From NCBI RefSeq assembly GCF_001949145.1, contig NW_019091355.1, forward strand, positions 2,193,107 through 2,257,106: a DNA stretch of 64,000 nt, written 5' to 3'. The translations under genes were made by a program, and so were the position numbers. Positions 47,976-63,500 of the stretch are shown here, piece after piece (position 1 is the first letter of the stretch; every line of letters begins with the position of its first letter). The notes under the pieces are model-generated. The model saw only the letters and a list, made by a program, of their open reading frames with translations. It was not told the DNA's origin and did not search any database. The DNA is from Acanthaster planci (taxonomy: Eukaryota).

Positions 47976-50900
47976 CCCAAAAGTTGGGCCAGTAGTTGCC
48001 GATAAAATACCTCATCAAAGTCATTTTTTTTCCTTTGCTCTTAACAATCAGTTACGTTTTTTTCCCCTTTCACACATTCAAGAATTCCATATGCCAGGGC
48101 CACTTCAGTCATTCGTCTTCCCCAGCGATTGTGGCTGTCAACGAAAGCATTGTCGCCAGGATTTCCATTTAATTTCATCAGTTTAATCCCTGCTGCCGTG
48201 CCCAGCAGACCGGAGATAAATCATAGGTACACGCACCCACTCATACTCTACAAATTCAGGTTTTTTTTTTATTCCCCCTTACCTTTGGAGAATTAACACT
48301 GAATTGACTCAAGGTCTCTGTTTAGAGGAAAAGTAAAGACGTGAAAAGCAAATTTCACAGGTCACTGCATAGAACAACCCTGTCTGATCTGATGCACTAT
48401 CATTCATACATGTACCGGTATATGTACACTGTACATGTATGTACATACTGCACATGTACATGTACATGTTGCTAACAGATGTACATGCAAGTTGAATAAA
48501 CTTACAATCTGAAGCAGGCATTTCGGTAGGTACCGGTATGCGCTCCTTGTGTTTGAAATGCATTCCAGTATAAATTAAACCAGAGACAAGTTGAATTCGG
48601 GGGATAGGAAGCTCCCTCAATAGAACCAGAATGGGATTTCATTCAAGCTTCTACTTGGACCTGTTGGTGTGCCTTCGAAATCACAAATACGATCAGTTTG
48701 TGGTAGTTTCCATCACGAATACGGTCAGTTTGGGGTAGTTTCCACTGGTGAGTTGTCTGGCCCACCATTTCACTCTTGGTACAAACACAGAGCAAAGGTA
48801 TAAGAATGTAGTGTACATGTAGGTAGGTTGACATGTACGCTTTGTGATTGTCTTCTGTTGACCAATGGACAATGATTCCACTCCTTTCCATTGAGCTCGT
48901 CACATCACACTTGCCAAAATCTGCATCCAGGCTTGACCCCCAGGTCTTGGTGTCCTCTTTCACACCAGAAAGAATGAAAGACAGTTTCTTCCACTCCTGG
49001 GCCCCAAATCAATGAAAACATGAAAAGGAATCCCTCACACACAAACATCCCTCTATCTTGTACACCAAGGTCAACAAACAAACAAACTGCGATCGATATT
49101 ACATGGAATTAGAATGATAATTTTTGTTTAATCGTGGTTTAACTATGGATATCTAGTCTTTTGAGTACAGTCCCCGGTATTTAATAAGTAGATATATGAG
49201 AGTGTTGGTGAGATTTTGTAAGCCTTCCATCCTGTTGTACATAGTATTAGTGACACACATGTAAATGAACCTGAAGCTCTGTTTTTATGCAGGCAGACAC
49301 TGTGTGTCTCCAAGTACTCTTTTCCCGGATGCTTTGTGTGTTGTATCAGTGACTGGCATCAGGAGATCTCCGCCAAACAAGCAGGCAGGCTGAGCAATTT
49401 CCTTCAATTTAAGACAGAAGTAGAGAGTGAAAAACCCTCTCCAGAGAGGTTTTCCACTCTTGCCCTGGGGCCACTATCTTGCTTGCCTCTCCCAGAGTTG
49501 AGCTGTTTAGGTATTCGCATGGTAATCCGAGATGGACAGTGATTACAATAGTACATGCACTTGTGCCGGATTTATTGGGAACCTTGCAGCAAGCGTCTAG
49601 ACTCTTGAGTTTTCATCGTTCAACCCATACATGATGTAGGCCTGCATGTATTCCTGCCGTGTGCCCCTGCTGTGTATTCACATCTGCAAATGTACATGTA
49701 CTTGTACTGGCAATCCTTCATAATGTAACGCAGCGTAAGATAACCTATTGTGCAGTGGAAATTCAATTCATTGTCAACTTGTACATTCTGTGTTGAATAT
49801 TCTCCATGATACACGTACGCATGTATAGGCTCAGAAGTACAGCATAAAAAAAAATTACATGACGAAAGTGGAAGGGGACAAGTCTTACTTATAAGAGTTG
49901 AATGGAATGGGCATTTTTGCTGATGAATTACCAATATGGCAATAAAGTACAGGTGCGGAGCTTGAAGAGAGCTCTTAATTAATTGAATACAGGCAGGCCA
50001 GAAGAGGGCATGCACTCCAATTAATTATGGATTCCCTGCCCTACTCACTTGATTAAATATTGAACCCAGCCAGATGTGTAATAGCGATATTTCTGATGTT
50101 CGCACAGCAAGGATGTTGACCTATATATTCTCACTTCAGATCATGACATTCTAATCTAAACTGATCTATTATTTTATCACGTGCAAAAAGAGAGTGCCGT
50201 TCTCTACTTTTTTGTGAGACGCTGGATTTAATTCTGAGAATCCAACAGAAAATAATAAAGCAGGACTGAACCAGCATTTCCTTCGGCACATTCTCACTTG
50301 CCAGAGTAGCACCCACACAAACATGATAAGCGGACTACAAAACTTTTAATAGTGTCTCTTAGCAAAGGAGGGATGCAGAAAAGACTCAACATGAATGTCC
50401 TCTTCAGCTGACAAGGTGCCCTTTCCCAAAAACCCTTGAAAAAAATGACTTTCTAGAAAGAGGTTACTCAGCACCTCCGAGGGGTAAGAACAGCTGACAA
50501 GGAAACAACACTACTATAACTACAGCTAAAAAAAGTCCAGGGACCCCCTGCGCTAACCAAGGGCCACTGTTCTGCCAGCCCCTTTCAATGAACCACTTAA
50601 CACCTGCCCTATCCCCCCCCCATGGCCTCTGAGGGGAAGCCACTGGTCTGGTCACAGAGCTAGGATATCTGCTGTTGAATGGGTTGTCAGAGGTGGGCTG
50701 GCCCTCTCTGTCCCAAATGTCTAGATAGAAATGCAGGGACCAACTTGGGCTTCTCAGGTTGAAATATTTTTACAAAAACTAATAATCTGGGATAAATTTC
50801 CTTTTCACGGTATGTGATTCACAAATACATGGAATACAAAAGAGTATAAATAAGAAAAGTCAAGTCGAACAGAGGTAGTAAAACCTAAAAAACAAGAACT

Positions 50901-51815
50901 TGTTTGAGATGTGCCGCGCATTACAAAACACATAATAAAATACAAAAACAAAACCAACTTGCTGGTACCATTAATCTAAGAAATGAAAAAACAAACATCA
51001 CTACCCTTTAAGAAACATATGTTTTGTGGTATTTGTACACATTTCAAACAAAGAAAAGATTATGTAATGTGAAATTAGGGAAAAAAGGATGGAAAATCAA
51101 CAGGAGATCAGGGGGAAAAAAGGATTACCGGTAGATAATTATGAATTAGAAGGTACATTACATGTACATGTATAAATTACAGAAGGTACAACTTCTGTGT
51201 CGGTTTAAAAGTAGTCCAGGAACTTGACCATTTGAGAGACAGCACTACATGTACGGTAAATGAACAGGTACACAGTCATGAACTATACAGGCACAGTAAT
51301 AAACTATGAAATTAGTAAAATGTACAGAACAGGAGGACTACATTACAGTGCATGTGAAGGTGGAGTCAACAGGGTGGCTCATGCATGTACAGGTACAATG
51401 TACATGTACAGGTGTCTAACACAAGGACATCATGTCCAATATTCCAAGTCACACACCTGCACTATGGTTGTCACCTTGATGTTTTTAAACACAACCCTGA
51501 ACTTGCTTTTATATGCATGTGAACATGCTGCAACCTAACTAGAGCAAATTAACAAACCATACAATGTACATTTATAAACTTGTAGAGTGGGTCACCGGTA
51601 CTAGGCCTAGTACTGGTAAACAAGCAAACAACAAAATCTGGGATTCAATGCCACAATGTAGCATCTGCACAGCCAAGAATACTTACAAGCAAGTTTCTCT
51701 ATACATCTATATGTACGGTAGGCCTACTTGTAGAGCACTACCCTATACAGTACTTCTACAATACCTACAATGTACATGTACATTTTACTCGCTGTTCTAT
51801 ACATGTACACAAGGC

Positions 51816-52082
51816 CTGGGCCCAAATTCACGGCGCTGCTTACCGCAGAATTCTGCGCTTATGATCTCCATTCTGTGCTAACCGCGCAAGCAGAAAAATT
51901 CTGCACTAATCATTTACGCACAGAATCCTTAGTTATGGGATGTACACGATGTAGGCCTATGCATGCGCACAAGCCAAACTCCTCGCTAACCTGTGAAATG
52001 TTTGCTGTAAGCACTTAGTTTCCTGCAACGGTAAGTGTCGATTTTTCGCTTGTGGTAAGCAGCGCTGTGAAAATGAGCCCAG
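51816..52082. mobile_element. GGGCC-ended MITE (PIF/Harbinger-like)
   Basis: TIRs ctgggcccaaattcacggcgctgcttacc / ggtaagcagcgctgtgaaaatgagcccag; termini related to the 24838 element. Confidence 0.8.
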
Positions 52083-52530
52083 ATCGAGAGTGCTGCATTT
52101 TGCTAAAACAGACTAGAGTAACTGTAAGTTAACAAAGTAATTTCTGAGGGTTAGTGGGTGCAGTCCAAGTTTTCTCAAGTGTGGAATCCAATCTGCATGT
52201 ATTTTGATCCTTGCACAAGCAGAGTTGTTCCAGACTACTGCATCAGGAGTAAATCTAAACAGGACAGCCTGGGTGACATTATGTACATGTACATCAATTT
52301 CATCCAGGCATCCACATGTGCTCCTGATTAAGAATTCAATTACCCTTTCGGCAGACCCCAAAGCTGTCAAGCTTCCACCAGGACCCAATCCCAATAAACA
52401 GAGACCAGAGACAAGAAAAGAAAAAGAATTCTGCAATTTTCCACTTGAGGGTTGTGAAAATAAATCTGTGGTGTAAATCAACTCCCAGAGGCAGGAGTGG
52501 GATGCTACAATGTAACCAGGCCTGGCCTGT

Positions 52531-52581
52531 GGTCGGTAACCAGGCCCGGTCGGTAACCAGGCCCGGTCGGTAACCAGGCCC
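52531..52581. repeat. Tandem repeat, 3 x 17 bp (ggtcggtaaccaggccc)
   Basis: Three perfect units plus partial copies on both sides. Confidence 0.9.
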
Positions 52582-55263
52582 AGTCGAGGGCCCTTTAGCA
52601 GCTGGAAGGAAATGCAGGGACAAGCTGCTCTTTTTATTTTCTTTTGTCTCCTGTCCTTTTCATCTCTCTTTTTCCAAGCAGTGGCCCAGGGCACGGGCAG
52701 TGACATGGTCGGAAACGGACAGCTCTCAGAAAGGAAAGCTGGAACCCAGGCATCCAGTTGATGAAAAATGGACACCTTGAGATTGAAAGAACACATCTGA
52801 CAGAGGGAGGAACGGAGCCAATCAAACCACTGGGAAATGACGTCACAAGAGCAAACAAACTTAGATGCTAAGCAAATGTACCAGTAACTTGAGCATGAAA
52901 CATTCGAAGACGAAGACTGCTAAGTGAAGACGGAGGTAGATGTTCTTACGTGTACTTCATAAAACAGGAGCACCAAGGATATGTTTGAAATCTTGTGCAT
53001 TCAATGTACCCGTAATATTACAGTGTGCCAGCATCAAGTGTACGTTGTACCATATACACATGTGCAGTACATGTAGTTGCACGGCACCAGGGGACATGTT
53101 GTGCAGTACCAGCACATTACATAGCTACCGGTAGGGGTTACCAACCAGGGGAGTTGAGGAAAACACTGGTTGAGATACAACAACCTATTCTTGTACTTTG
53201 AAACGATTAAACCATTCCAAGATGAATCCCTGCAATGAAACAAGGCCATTATTTAAAAAAAAAGAACACTGCACACGAAAAATATGGACACCATTTTTTT
53301 TTTGGTTCTGGAGAGCAAATTTAAGCCATTGTTCAAACTGGTAACTTTTGAACCTTAACAATATCGTTTAAGATTTTCAAAATTCCAGAGATCAGATTCT
53401 TAAGAAGGAAAGATGAAACAGATATCCTGCCTGCAGATGGACCCATTTTGTGCCAATAAAAAATGTTTTGCAGGTCCCCAATTAAATTAAGGTGCTGGAA
53501 CATTCCACTGAGGTATGGGGAGAGGCCGAGCTGAGCTGGAGGTGACACAAAGAACAGGTGATTCCATTCAGGTTCATTACAGGTCATTATGGGGGATTCA
53601 CACTTTGGAGCCAGCTCAGCAGGGGACCAGTTAGCAGTATCCTGTTTGCTTGGCATTCACTAGACATCCAGCAGTTCTCATTGCATTGAGAACAGGGAGT
53701 CCATGTCCCTTGCATCACCCAAAAAAGGAGGGGCCTTACTGTTACCCTCCATGCTAAGTTGGCCCATAAGAACATTAATTTCCTTTACAGGACGCCGTAA
53801 TATCTTTTCAAAATCACGTTTTATTCAAATGTCATAAATTTTTTTTTTGGCTCATTACTTTTTTTGGGGGGGGGAGAACATGGGAAGAAAAAGTGCTATT
53901 GCTGAGCTACACATGTACATATGTACCCGGACTACAGGGCCACACATAGTCCCCATGTCATTTTTGGGCTTCAATGATCCCCATCCCCAATCCAGAACAA
54001 TGTACTTTATGTCCACCTAGCCCCTTCTTGCAAACAAGTAAGCTTGATGGAGCCAACGCACATGTAGGATAAACTTCCTCGAAACTCTCTTCAGCTCACT
54101 GTTGTAGTTTGAAGAACCTAGGCAGTTTGTTGGAGATTTTGAAAGTGATAAAATTTCTTCATTTTGTTTTTTTTTTTAAATGGAGTCATGTAATCTGTAC
54201 AAGTGCAAGCCCCAGTACTTTTTTAAGGTACCGATAATCAACAAACACCAATGTAAACTTACGGGACGAGAGAATCAACAAAAACATCTGCCCATGTCAT
54301 CCATATGCTGAACATACTAATGTCCTCTGCACTTATGGTTGTTTCTCTTTGTCACAACACCGACGTTATCAGGCGCCAAACCCTCAACTTGTGGACGCAT
54401 TTCACAACATCGGACCTGCACTTTGTATCCACCAAACCTTTACAGATTTCACAAAATCATTGGGTATGCATACCTTGCCTTTGCACCTTGCCTACCAGAG
54501 ACACTTCAAGAGCCTTACATGTGCATGTAGAATGTCAGGCATGCATTGTTATAATGATAAAAAAAGTACATTGCACTTGTTTGAACTTTTCCCCAGAGGT
54601 CACAGCACAGAGGAGGAAAAAGTACAGAACATTCTCCTACGCTCTTTGTGTTGGCAGATGGAGAGGGGGGGAGAATTGAGCTTGAACCTGCTGTCTTTTC
54701 TTCTAGCTTTTTAAATTGAAATTCATAAAAAAAAATAGGCTAGACGCTGACAAAACAAGGTGTCAAACTCGCGCAGGCTGTAATAATAAAGTGGAGTGCA
54801 GGCATTCTGTCCGCCGAGTTAAAAATTAATTTGGTGTCGGAACGTGCGGGCTTATAAAATATGTGCGTGTGTTTGTGTCTGTGTGGAACGGGGAGACGGA
54901 AGGAAGGGAATAATTGGCAGCGCCCCTGAAAAGCAGGGAAAAAATGGAAAAAAAACCCCCCAAAACCCCCCCAAACAGCAAAAGCGCTTTTAATGCAGTG
55001 CATGCATGGGCCTGTTTGACTTGGTAAGAGGGGTTCAAGAACATGGACTGAAATGAAAAGCCGACGTGTCTTGCTTTATCCCTAAAATGGACATAATAGA
55101 GTGGATAAGCAATAAAATTCAACAAACGTACAGTTCCTCTGCAGTTTTAGGACCCATCATTTGTTTTTATAATTTCCACAATATTAGAACTTCTACAAGG
55201 CTCTTCCTCCTCTATTTGGGATATGGATTAAGCAAGCATTTACCAGGCACAAATTCTTAGCAT

Positions 55264-55553
55264 CTGGGCCCAATTTGAGAGCAGTGCTTAGCACATGATT
55301 TCATGCTAACAGAGGCTCCATGTAATAGTTTTTCATGGAGATTGTAAGCAGTAAGGTCAGGTGTGCTAACCTACAAGGAAAAATGTGCCTAAACTTAGTG
55401 GCGTATCAATAGAAATATCTATGCGCGTGCAACCTTCAGCATAATCACACCAAGCACCGCCATGAAATGGTGCTTAAGGTTAGCCAATTTCTCTGCTAAA
55501 GTTACCACAATTTTTCGGCTAACTTTTAGGAAGTTCCATGAAAGTAGGCCCTG
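55264..55553. mobile_element. Degenerate GGGCC-ended MITE
   Basis: Left end ctgggcccaattt..gcttagcac and right end catgaaagtaggccctg resemble the 24838 and 51816 elements. Confidence 0.5.
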
Positions 55554-58500
55554 GTGAAGGGATCTTGCTGATTTTTTTTTTTTTGGTTTTGTTTGGTTTA
55601 ATTTTGTATCTCTTCCCTTCCACTGCAAGTAACTTTACCAAGAGGAGTTACCAGTCCATCTAAATACATGTACCTACACGTACATGTACCGGTATGAATG
55701 TCACATGTTCCCAGTGGGACTTCAGCGCTGAAATCTTATTGACAGAACCCAATGATGGTTTCAATATTCGGTCCAAACTAAATATCCATCATTACATTTC
55801 ATTATCCACCCCCCAAAAAGTGGAAATTACTGTGCACAGTACTGGGTGAAGGCCATTTTTATTAGCGGCTCAGACATCACTCTGGCCTAAAAGCAGCTTG
55901 TGCCTTGGCGGTACATGTATATTATTTGTGAAAATATGTGTGAAATCCCATTACGCACAGACCTTGGTGATGGCATCTCTCTCCCTGCAACTTGGAAGGA
56001 GCCCGAGCCTTAGTCGAGATGTGATTAGCGTGCCGTGGTGTGAGGTGAATATTGCAAAAATGACAGGTATTTCTGCCCCATGTTTTCATAGCGTATTCAT
56101 AATTCTCAACTTGCTTGAGTGAGATTTCTTTTCTTTTTCTTTTTCAATGCTGGCTGACTAGCATCGCTTTCGGCTGTCGACAGCATGTGGAAATGTCAGG
56201 GAATCTTCGATGCATGCATGTCTCGGCCTACACAATACTGCTGAAATTATCTGCCAACATGTGCAATGCATGTCACACGTGCACATGAGCACTCACTAGC
56301 AGATATAGGCTGTGACCCTTGCCAACAAATTGGACAAATTGCACATGCTTGCCTGAGAACTCAGTGCTCATGTGCTATAAACAAATAAATAAAAAAAAAA
56401 GCCAGACTTCACCTTGATGAATTTGCCAAGGCGGCCATGTACCAGTACTGTAGCCTACAGGTGTTCAGATCAGATTCTGCACGGAATTGATGATTCAAGC
56501 ATGTGTGGCTGGTACTAACATAAGTATGAGTACATGTAGGTATTGATATACTGTACATGTATGTACTGGATACTACCAGTACCATTTACGTGCACCGGTA
56601 TTTCTCCTAGGGTGTTCATGAATGAAACTGAGCCGGTCCAACCGCATCTTTCACAAATTCACAGTGCCTGCAGCAAATGGGAGTGTCCCTGTCGGAGCCG
56701 ATTGGGCCTGAAATATGTTCAAATAACGCACATCCCCATGGAGCTTGTACGGCTACTGGTACATAAACCAGAACTCTAAATCAATTCCTTCTAAGTGAAC
56801 CAGTCTCGTATCCTGTGACATTCTTAGCTGGAGGTTACCCATCCTCCACCCTCTCACCATAAAAAAAAAAAATCTGTTTTTTTCCCTTCCATTTTGTTTC
56901 TTCCTCCTTTTTTGTTTTACAGGCTAGACGGGCCAAAAACATGACCAAGGTGATCATTAAAAGTGGTAAGCTAGGCCTCCTCACATTCGAATAGGCAACA
57001 AAAATTCTGCTAAGAAGATCTTACATATAATGCATACATTATACATGTACATGGACACGGTGGAGTGCAACTGTACCGGTAACAGGTGTTTGAAGTCCCA
57101 TCCTGAGGTTACATGCACCATTTTATACATTATACTGCTTTCAACAACATTTAATTCATGAATTTATAAAGCATTGGTTCGTGGCAAGCAGACTGTACAT
57201 GTATATAGAGTGTGGGCCCGCACATATCCACAGTGGTATGCTGTACATGTATGCATGTATACCAGTGCAAATACCAGTGTACCAGTGTACATATATGTAC
57301 ATGCGCGGAGTTATATGTACATGAAATTAATGATACCATATTATGACAGTCCCCCTATTATACCAATGCAGACAACCTTTTGTTGCATTACTAGGTTCGA
57401 ACACTTCTGTCTGCAGCTGCCCATCTCCCTTTCATGCACTGCTGAAGGAAATCTTCCCAGTCCCACATCCATCAAATTCAAAAGATTTGTGTCAAAAGAG
57501 AGAAGTCTCCAACCAATAGCACTCCTTTCATGGTAATCAAACAGTACTTGTTATGAAAAAAAATATATGGGAATATCACATCCCATGTGCATGTACCATA
57601 CATGTACAGGCCTACATTGCACCTGTACATATTCGGTACATGCAAGCATGTAGTGTTGTTCAATGTTTATAAAATCCTGGTTTCGTGAAAATATTGTTTT
57701 ATCTAAAAAAATGTTCACTCTATCAGTATTACAATGTAGGCCGGCAAAAATTGTAAGATCTACAAGTATGATCCAAGTATGTAAGAATTATGCCTTAAAA
57801 GTACAGGTAGATACAGACATCACGGAAGAAACCTTTTGTAACATTCTTAACCACTAACACACCTCCCCTATCTCAAGGATTCTTAATACACCATAACATT
57901 AATACCGGTACATGTAAGATATCTAAGTATTAAGACAACAATTGCAGGATCAAGGCAGACATTGATTACAAATTACCAGGGGGAGTAAAAACCTGTTTGC
58001 TTTGTCAGACCTGCAATGTTTACCTTGGCAACTGACCAAGTGTGACCGAATGCCAGAGTTGTGCAGCCGGCGTTATGATCTGTGTGCCACTGGATTCGTG
58101 CACTGCCAACCATTAATCAATTGCTGATGACTAATTTGATAATAGCGGTGGGAGGGGGGAGACTGGAAGAAGATGACGATGATGATGATGATGCTTGATG
58201 CAGTTGAGGCTCGCATCACTTTGGGTGGGTTAGGTTCAATCAAGGACGGTGATGGATGCAGACAGGGGAGGTACGTACGTTGTTTGTTTTCACTGGATGG
58301 GACAACGAGGTAATTACAGGTATCAATGATGTGTTTATTCTGAAACCAGCTGCTTGCTAACCATCGGCACACAATCATACTGCGAGCGGCCAATGTCTGT
58401 ATAGCAAATATCCATACACTACAACTATGCAGGTACACAACAGACGGGATTCAAAATGCAACGCACCACCATGCATCTGTCTTGAAGAGGCAACTTTTCA

Positions 58501-59706
58501 ACATTGGAGTCATCATTCTGCATACGCGAGCCTGAGGTGCACGGTTACTAAATCCAACACAAACCTGTGCTCGAACACAAACCTGTGCATTTGGGGTCTC
58601 GTAAAATAACTCAACACTGTCTGCACATACAAGCACTTCATAATATTATTTGGCCTGTGTGAAAAACAGGTTAACGCTGATGTGACCTTGCAAAGAAGGA
58701 TACCGTGCATATTATCCATGTCAATCCATGTCTCACAAAATTGGTCCTTCCTGGTAGGTAACCTCTTGCAAGGAACGGTGAATCATGCCAAGTTAAGTAA
58801 CGGAGTATGTTTGTGTACGGTGCAGGGAGGATGGTAATGTTACATCACATGATTCACGTGTTTGCGTACCGGTACATGTGACAATCGCTCATTCCTGCTG
58901 CCCCAGGACACTGGAGGCACGCCTTCTCAAAAACTCTTGTCTCCATGGTAAACTGGCACAAATACTGCTAAGCACTGTGGGTCGCTTGATGTTTTATCCC
59001 GCTAACCAACGCATGGACCTCCGTGCACACTCGTCCATATACCCTGTGCTACAAATATTCCCTGTGCATGCTACACACACCTGCAGACAACCGGATTATC
59101 AACCACTTGTACACATATGGAAATGATGCACGCACTTGTGTACAAGGAGTCGACGTTGCCAGCTTGCCTGACACACCCCCTCCCTTTTTTTATACATGAA
59201 TGATTCACCCTCCAAGAGGACCTACAGCCTTTATCTCCAAGGTGCATGAGCTGCATTAATGACTCGCTGTCACAAGTACAATGACGTCTTGTGCATACAT
59301 GTAAAATGAATAATGCGATTTATTTAGCTGCACCTACCCCAAATTAACACACAGTGCAAACTTACATCCCCTTGACCCCTCCACTGCACTCCTCAAGACA
59401 AAACTTATGGCTAGTGACAAGGAGGCAAGCAAAATATGGAAGAGGAGGGAAGGAAAGTGTGATGACCCTCTCAGGACTACAGTACTCTCCCGCAAGCACA
59501 ATGATCGGTCTCCTTTGACTAATCATTATAACGCCACTTTGGACAATAGCTTTTAGGAACAATCCCTGAAGAATTCATCCAAAAAATCCAAAGAGCACCA
59601 CTGCCTGTATAAGTACCAAACATGTACATAAACACACATACCGTACTTGTACTTATGGTATGCTTCCCAGTTTCACAAAACCTACACTATACATGTAAAT
59701 TGTGTG

Positions 59707-60518
59707 CAGGCCTCAATATTAATTTTTTTAACTACCTGTCCATCGGGCAAGTAGCACTGAAAATTTACTTGCCCGCGGTAAGATTTTACTTGCCCAAACC
59801 CTGGTTTAGTTGCTTATTGCTTCTCGGGACAGAAAGTTCCTTCTTCGCCACAATATGACATGAATAAACATCACCTCCCCCCCAACTACATGTACATGTA
59901 CTGCATCCGTGCAGGGAGTGTGCAGGACTCTGAAGCATTATTCATACCAGATTAGGCAAGGGCTAAATTTCTTTAACCACTGGAAGATTTGGCCTGGTGT
60001 CACATATACAAATAGTACACACACAAGCACCGGTACCAAGCATAATTCACTGATGGTGAAGTCACAGCCACATGTAAAACAGTTTTTCGAGCTTCTGGCC
60101 ATCAACGCTCCGCTGCGCCACAAGTGCAATAACCAATGAGGTTTGGTACCCAGATACAACGGTATTTTACAGTTTATTTATTCACGCATTTTCCCTTGTG
60201 TGGAAAGGTGCCCTGCTAAATGTACAGTGTGCTTAATGCATGCCAAGTTTGTACATGTACCTGTATGTCACGATGCAAAAAATCCTTGTACACCACATAG
60301 CTGTATACTTTTTACCACGTTTTATAAGCTTTGGTGATGAGGAAAAAACAAATCAAAGGTATATTTTCTAACTGCTATTCTTGGCCACGAAAAACAGACA
60401 CTATTATTTCAAGAAAAAAGTACCTGTCCATCGGGCAATTTGTCCTTAATGTTTTCCTTGTCCAAAAGAAGAAACTGCTTGTCCTGGGCAATCGGACATC
60501 CGTTAATGTCGTGGCTTG
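59707..60518. mobile_element. Non-autonomous hAT transposon (~810 bp)
   Basis: TIRs caggcctcaatattaa / ttaatgtcgtggcttg; perfect 8-bp TSD attgtgtg on both sides; subterminal repeats tacctgtccatcgggcaa and cttg(c/t)cc at both ends. Confidence 0.85.
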
Positions 60519-63500
60519 ATTGTGTGTACATGTACCCTTACATTTTGCCAAGGTTATTTATAGTTTTCCTGCCTCACTGATTACAGCCAATATTTAAATG
60601 TAGGCCTAAATACCTGTGCCACATGTGGTCTGCATGACAGTACCACACTGCTATATCTTTTATAGTCAATTGTGGAGGATAATTGGATCATATTCTTACA
60701 TGTTGTTACACTAAAAAAAAAACAAAAAAAAACCAGCATCAGGAGCTGGCCTTTGCAAGTGGGAAAAATAATGAATTATTTATGATGTAAATATGTATAA
60801 GTGCATATACACATATAACTGTATATACCAGCATATGCTGTACTTCTTCCTGTTGCCACAAGTCAACCTTCTTTACTGGCTCATTCCACCATTACAAATA
60901 TTCTCTTCCCCTCCAGACATATACTTGAGTAATATCCTTCAAATAAAAAATAGTTATTTGCCCCCCCATGAAACCTCCAAGGCACAACAAAGAGGTTGAC
61001 TTTATTTTTTCTTCTGTTGCAGGTGTTTACACAGCCCCATGCCATGTGAAAACACTGGTGCTGTTAATTTTCAACACTGCAATACAAATCACATCTTATC
61101 TGAACAAACATGTACATTGGCCACATCTGTGGGAACAAAAACACCTCGGACTACATATCAATCAAGACAGGGGAACAAAGCCCGCGAATGGCTCGGCACA
61201 TTGCGGGTGCCGTTTCGCACCCCGCGTCCGATCAATACGGGACGATGCAACACGTAACGAGCCCGATAAGGGCGGGACGTTAGACTGGCTCTGACAAACT
61301 TGCAATCACGGGATCACGCAGACGAGGGAACTGCCATGTTCTGTTGCCATTGTACAGTGATGAATGGGTCTTATCTGTGTAAGTTGACTCAACAGCGGTA
61401 CACTGTAGCTGTAACATCAAGCACTGGTGTTCACAGTGCAGACTACCAGGCACAAACATACATGTACAGAAACACCTGAAGTACATGTACAGGTACATGA
61501 AAAACTGCACACTTCAAAAACTTTGAAACTCGCACATAGGTAGACATACAACCTGTACGTCCATGTACATGTACAATAATTACACCAATATGACTCTAAG
61601 AAAAGTAAAAGTCTCCTTAGGCTTCACAAGCATGAACCAAAATATGGGAAAAATATGTATTACCAGAATGGAAATAAACTACCAGTGCCGCTCCTTCCCA
61701 ACTCCCTTAAATTTGTGACTGAAAATTCCAAGGTACATACATGTACATGTACACGTGGGCCCTAATACATGTAGTTACATGTAATCATGCCTGTCGTAAA
61801 AATCTGCGAGCACTGTGTGCTGTAATTCTATCATTGTGAAAAGCACACCTCAGAGTTACTTAGAGCTTCCAAAAATTACATTGTATTACAACTTAACAAG
61901 CACTTTCAATGGCAAATAGTCTTATGGACAGCACTCAACTTATACACTCTCTGGAACTTTGCCCAAGAAGAAACCTACCTTCCCCCCCCCAAAAAAAAAA
62001 CCAGATGAGAGAAATGACAGGTACATGCAACTGAATTGGACAAGGTTACAGTGTTTGAACTCTGGAGATGACAGTGAACTTTGAAAAGTGCACATACATG
62101 TATGTAAATGTATGGGAGTGAACTACTTTCATACACCTGTACTGGAAAGGTTTCACCAATCAGGATGGGGAGATCATTGAGACTAATCAAAACCACTATC
62201 CCTGTTGGGCTTGAAATTGAAGCATGTGTATCTCTCTCCTTTAAACCTGGCAGTACCAAAAGTTTTTTTTAAGTCAGACAGTGTAAGGGATGAAGGTTTA
62301 GGTTAAGGCCTGGCTCAAGCAGCAAGCTCGCCAAGGTGACTGCACCACTGCACTAGGCAGAAATTTAACTGCTTGCGCATTACCAAGAGGATGCTCGTTA
62401 ATTACCTCCATTTCCTATGAACTGACTAGGCTTCACCTCATTGACCTATATCCCCACCTGTCAGGATGTGGATGTTGGCACACTTCTAATTATCTAGGGC
62501 TTCTCTCTTTTCCAGTAAGCTTTGGTGACTTCAATTAATTACATGCTTTGATGGGACTGATTACAAGAACGACTCAAATGGACTCATTTTATCCACATTC
62601 TGGGAAACATGTTTAACCTTGATAGACACCACTAACCTGGATACTGCTTACATGAACATGTATATAATGCAAGACATAGAAACTTTGAAAAGTGTGAAAG
62701 AATGTGTCAAGCTTGTCACAGGTGGAATGCCTGTCCCATGTAGATTGACAATGTCAAGCAACCACTTAGGAATGGACTTTACTTTAGAATGAAGTAAAGA
62801 TTTGTCTTGCTTGAACATTTACATTTCAAACCTGAATTTTGGAATGAACTCACTCCCTTACACACGTGCTGCCATGACAGTGCTGGGTAACAGCCTAACG
62901 TTACTTCATTGGGTTGAATCTTCTAACTTCAGGCGTGTCAAGACTCAAGAATAGATCATTCCAAAACAATAAGAGCGACTTGCCAGGGTACATGTACGCT
63001 GATCAATTCCCATCGTCTGATTTGTAATGAGTTCACTTGGCGGCTGTGCAGGTAACAGTAGACTACACTTGCGCATACAGAAATTTGCAATGCATGTAAA
63101 TTCAGGACAAACACATGCATACATGTACATATACATGTACATAAAAACTAATTAGATGCTGAACTTCGCATGAATACCATACATGTACATAACTACCGCG
63201 CAGTGTAACAAGCGGCCATAGATAGAAATAGACATCCTTGCATTGTCAGACCTCTGCACTGAGTAATCAGATTAAAAAGCAAGACCAACAGGGCCAGAAA
63301 GAGAACTTAATTAAGCTCCTTCATTGTGAGCAGGGACAGTAGCATTCTCTTGGGTAGATAAGGGGAAGTCCTTACAAATCTGAGAAAGTCCCCCCCCTCC
63401 CCTCCAAAAAAAAATGAGCAAACAGGGGTTCCATTTCAAGGATAATTAATTGGGGGGAAGACTTACTTCAGCAAACTGTCTGCACTAAACACACACCACC

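Noticed and set aside
50464..50655. Hydrophobic ORF (GLFLAVVIVVLFPCQLFLPLGG) as the missing signal-peptide exon
   Set aside because: No in-frame ATG (the nearby ATG hits TAG after three codons) and only a poor donor (gtgctg).
52113..52796. 227-aa minus-strand ORF
   Set aside because: No homology recognised; partly kept open by the 17-bp tandem repeat; no fitting splice structure.
58073..58438. MRASTASSIIIIIVIFF as a signal-peptide candidate
   Set aside because: The hydrophobic run comes from a (gat)n microsatellite, and no suitable phase-1 donor follows.
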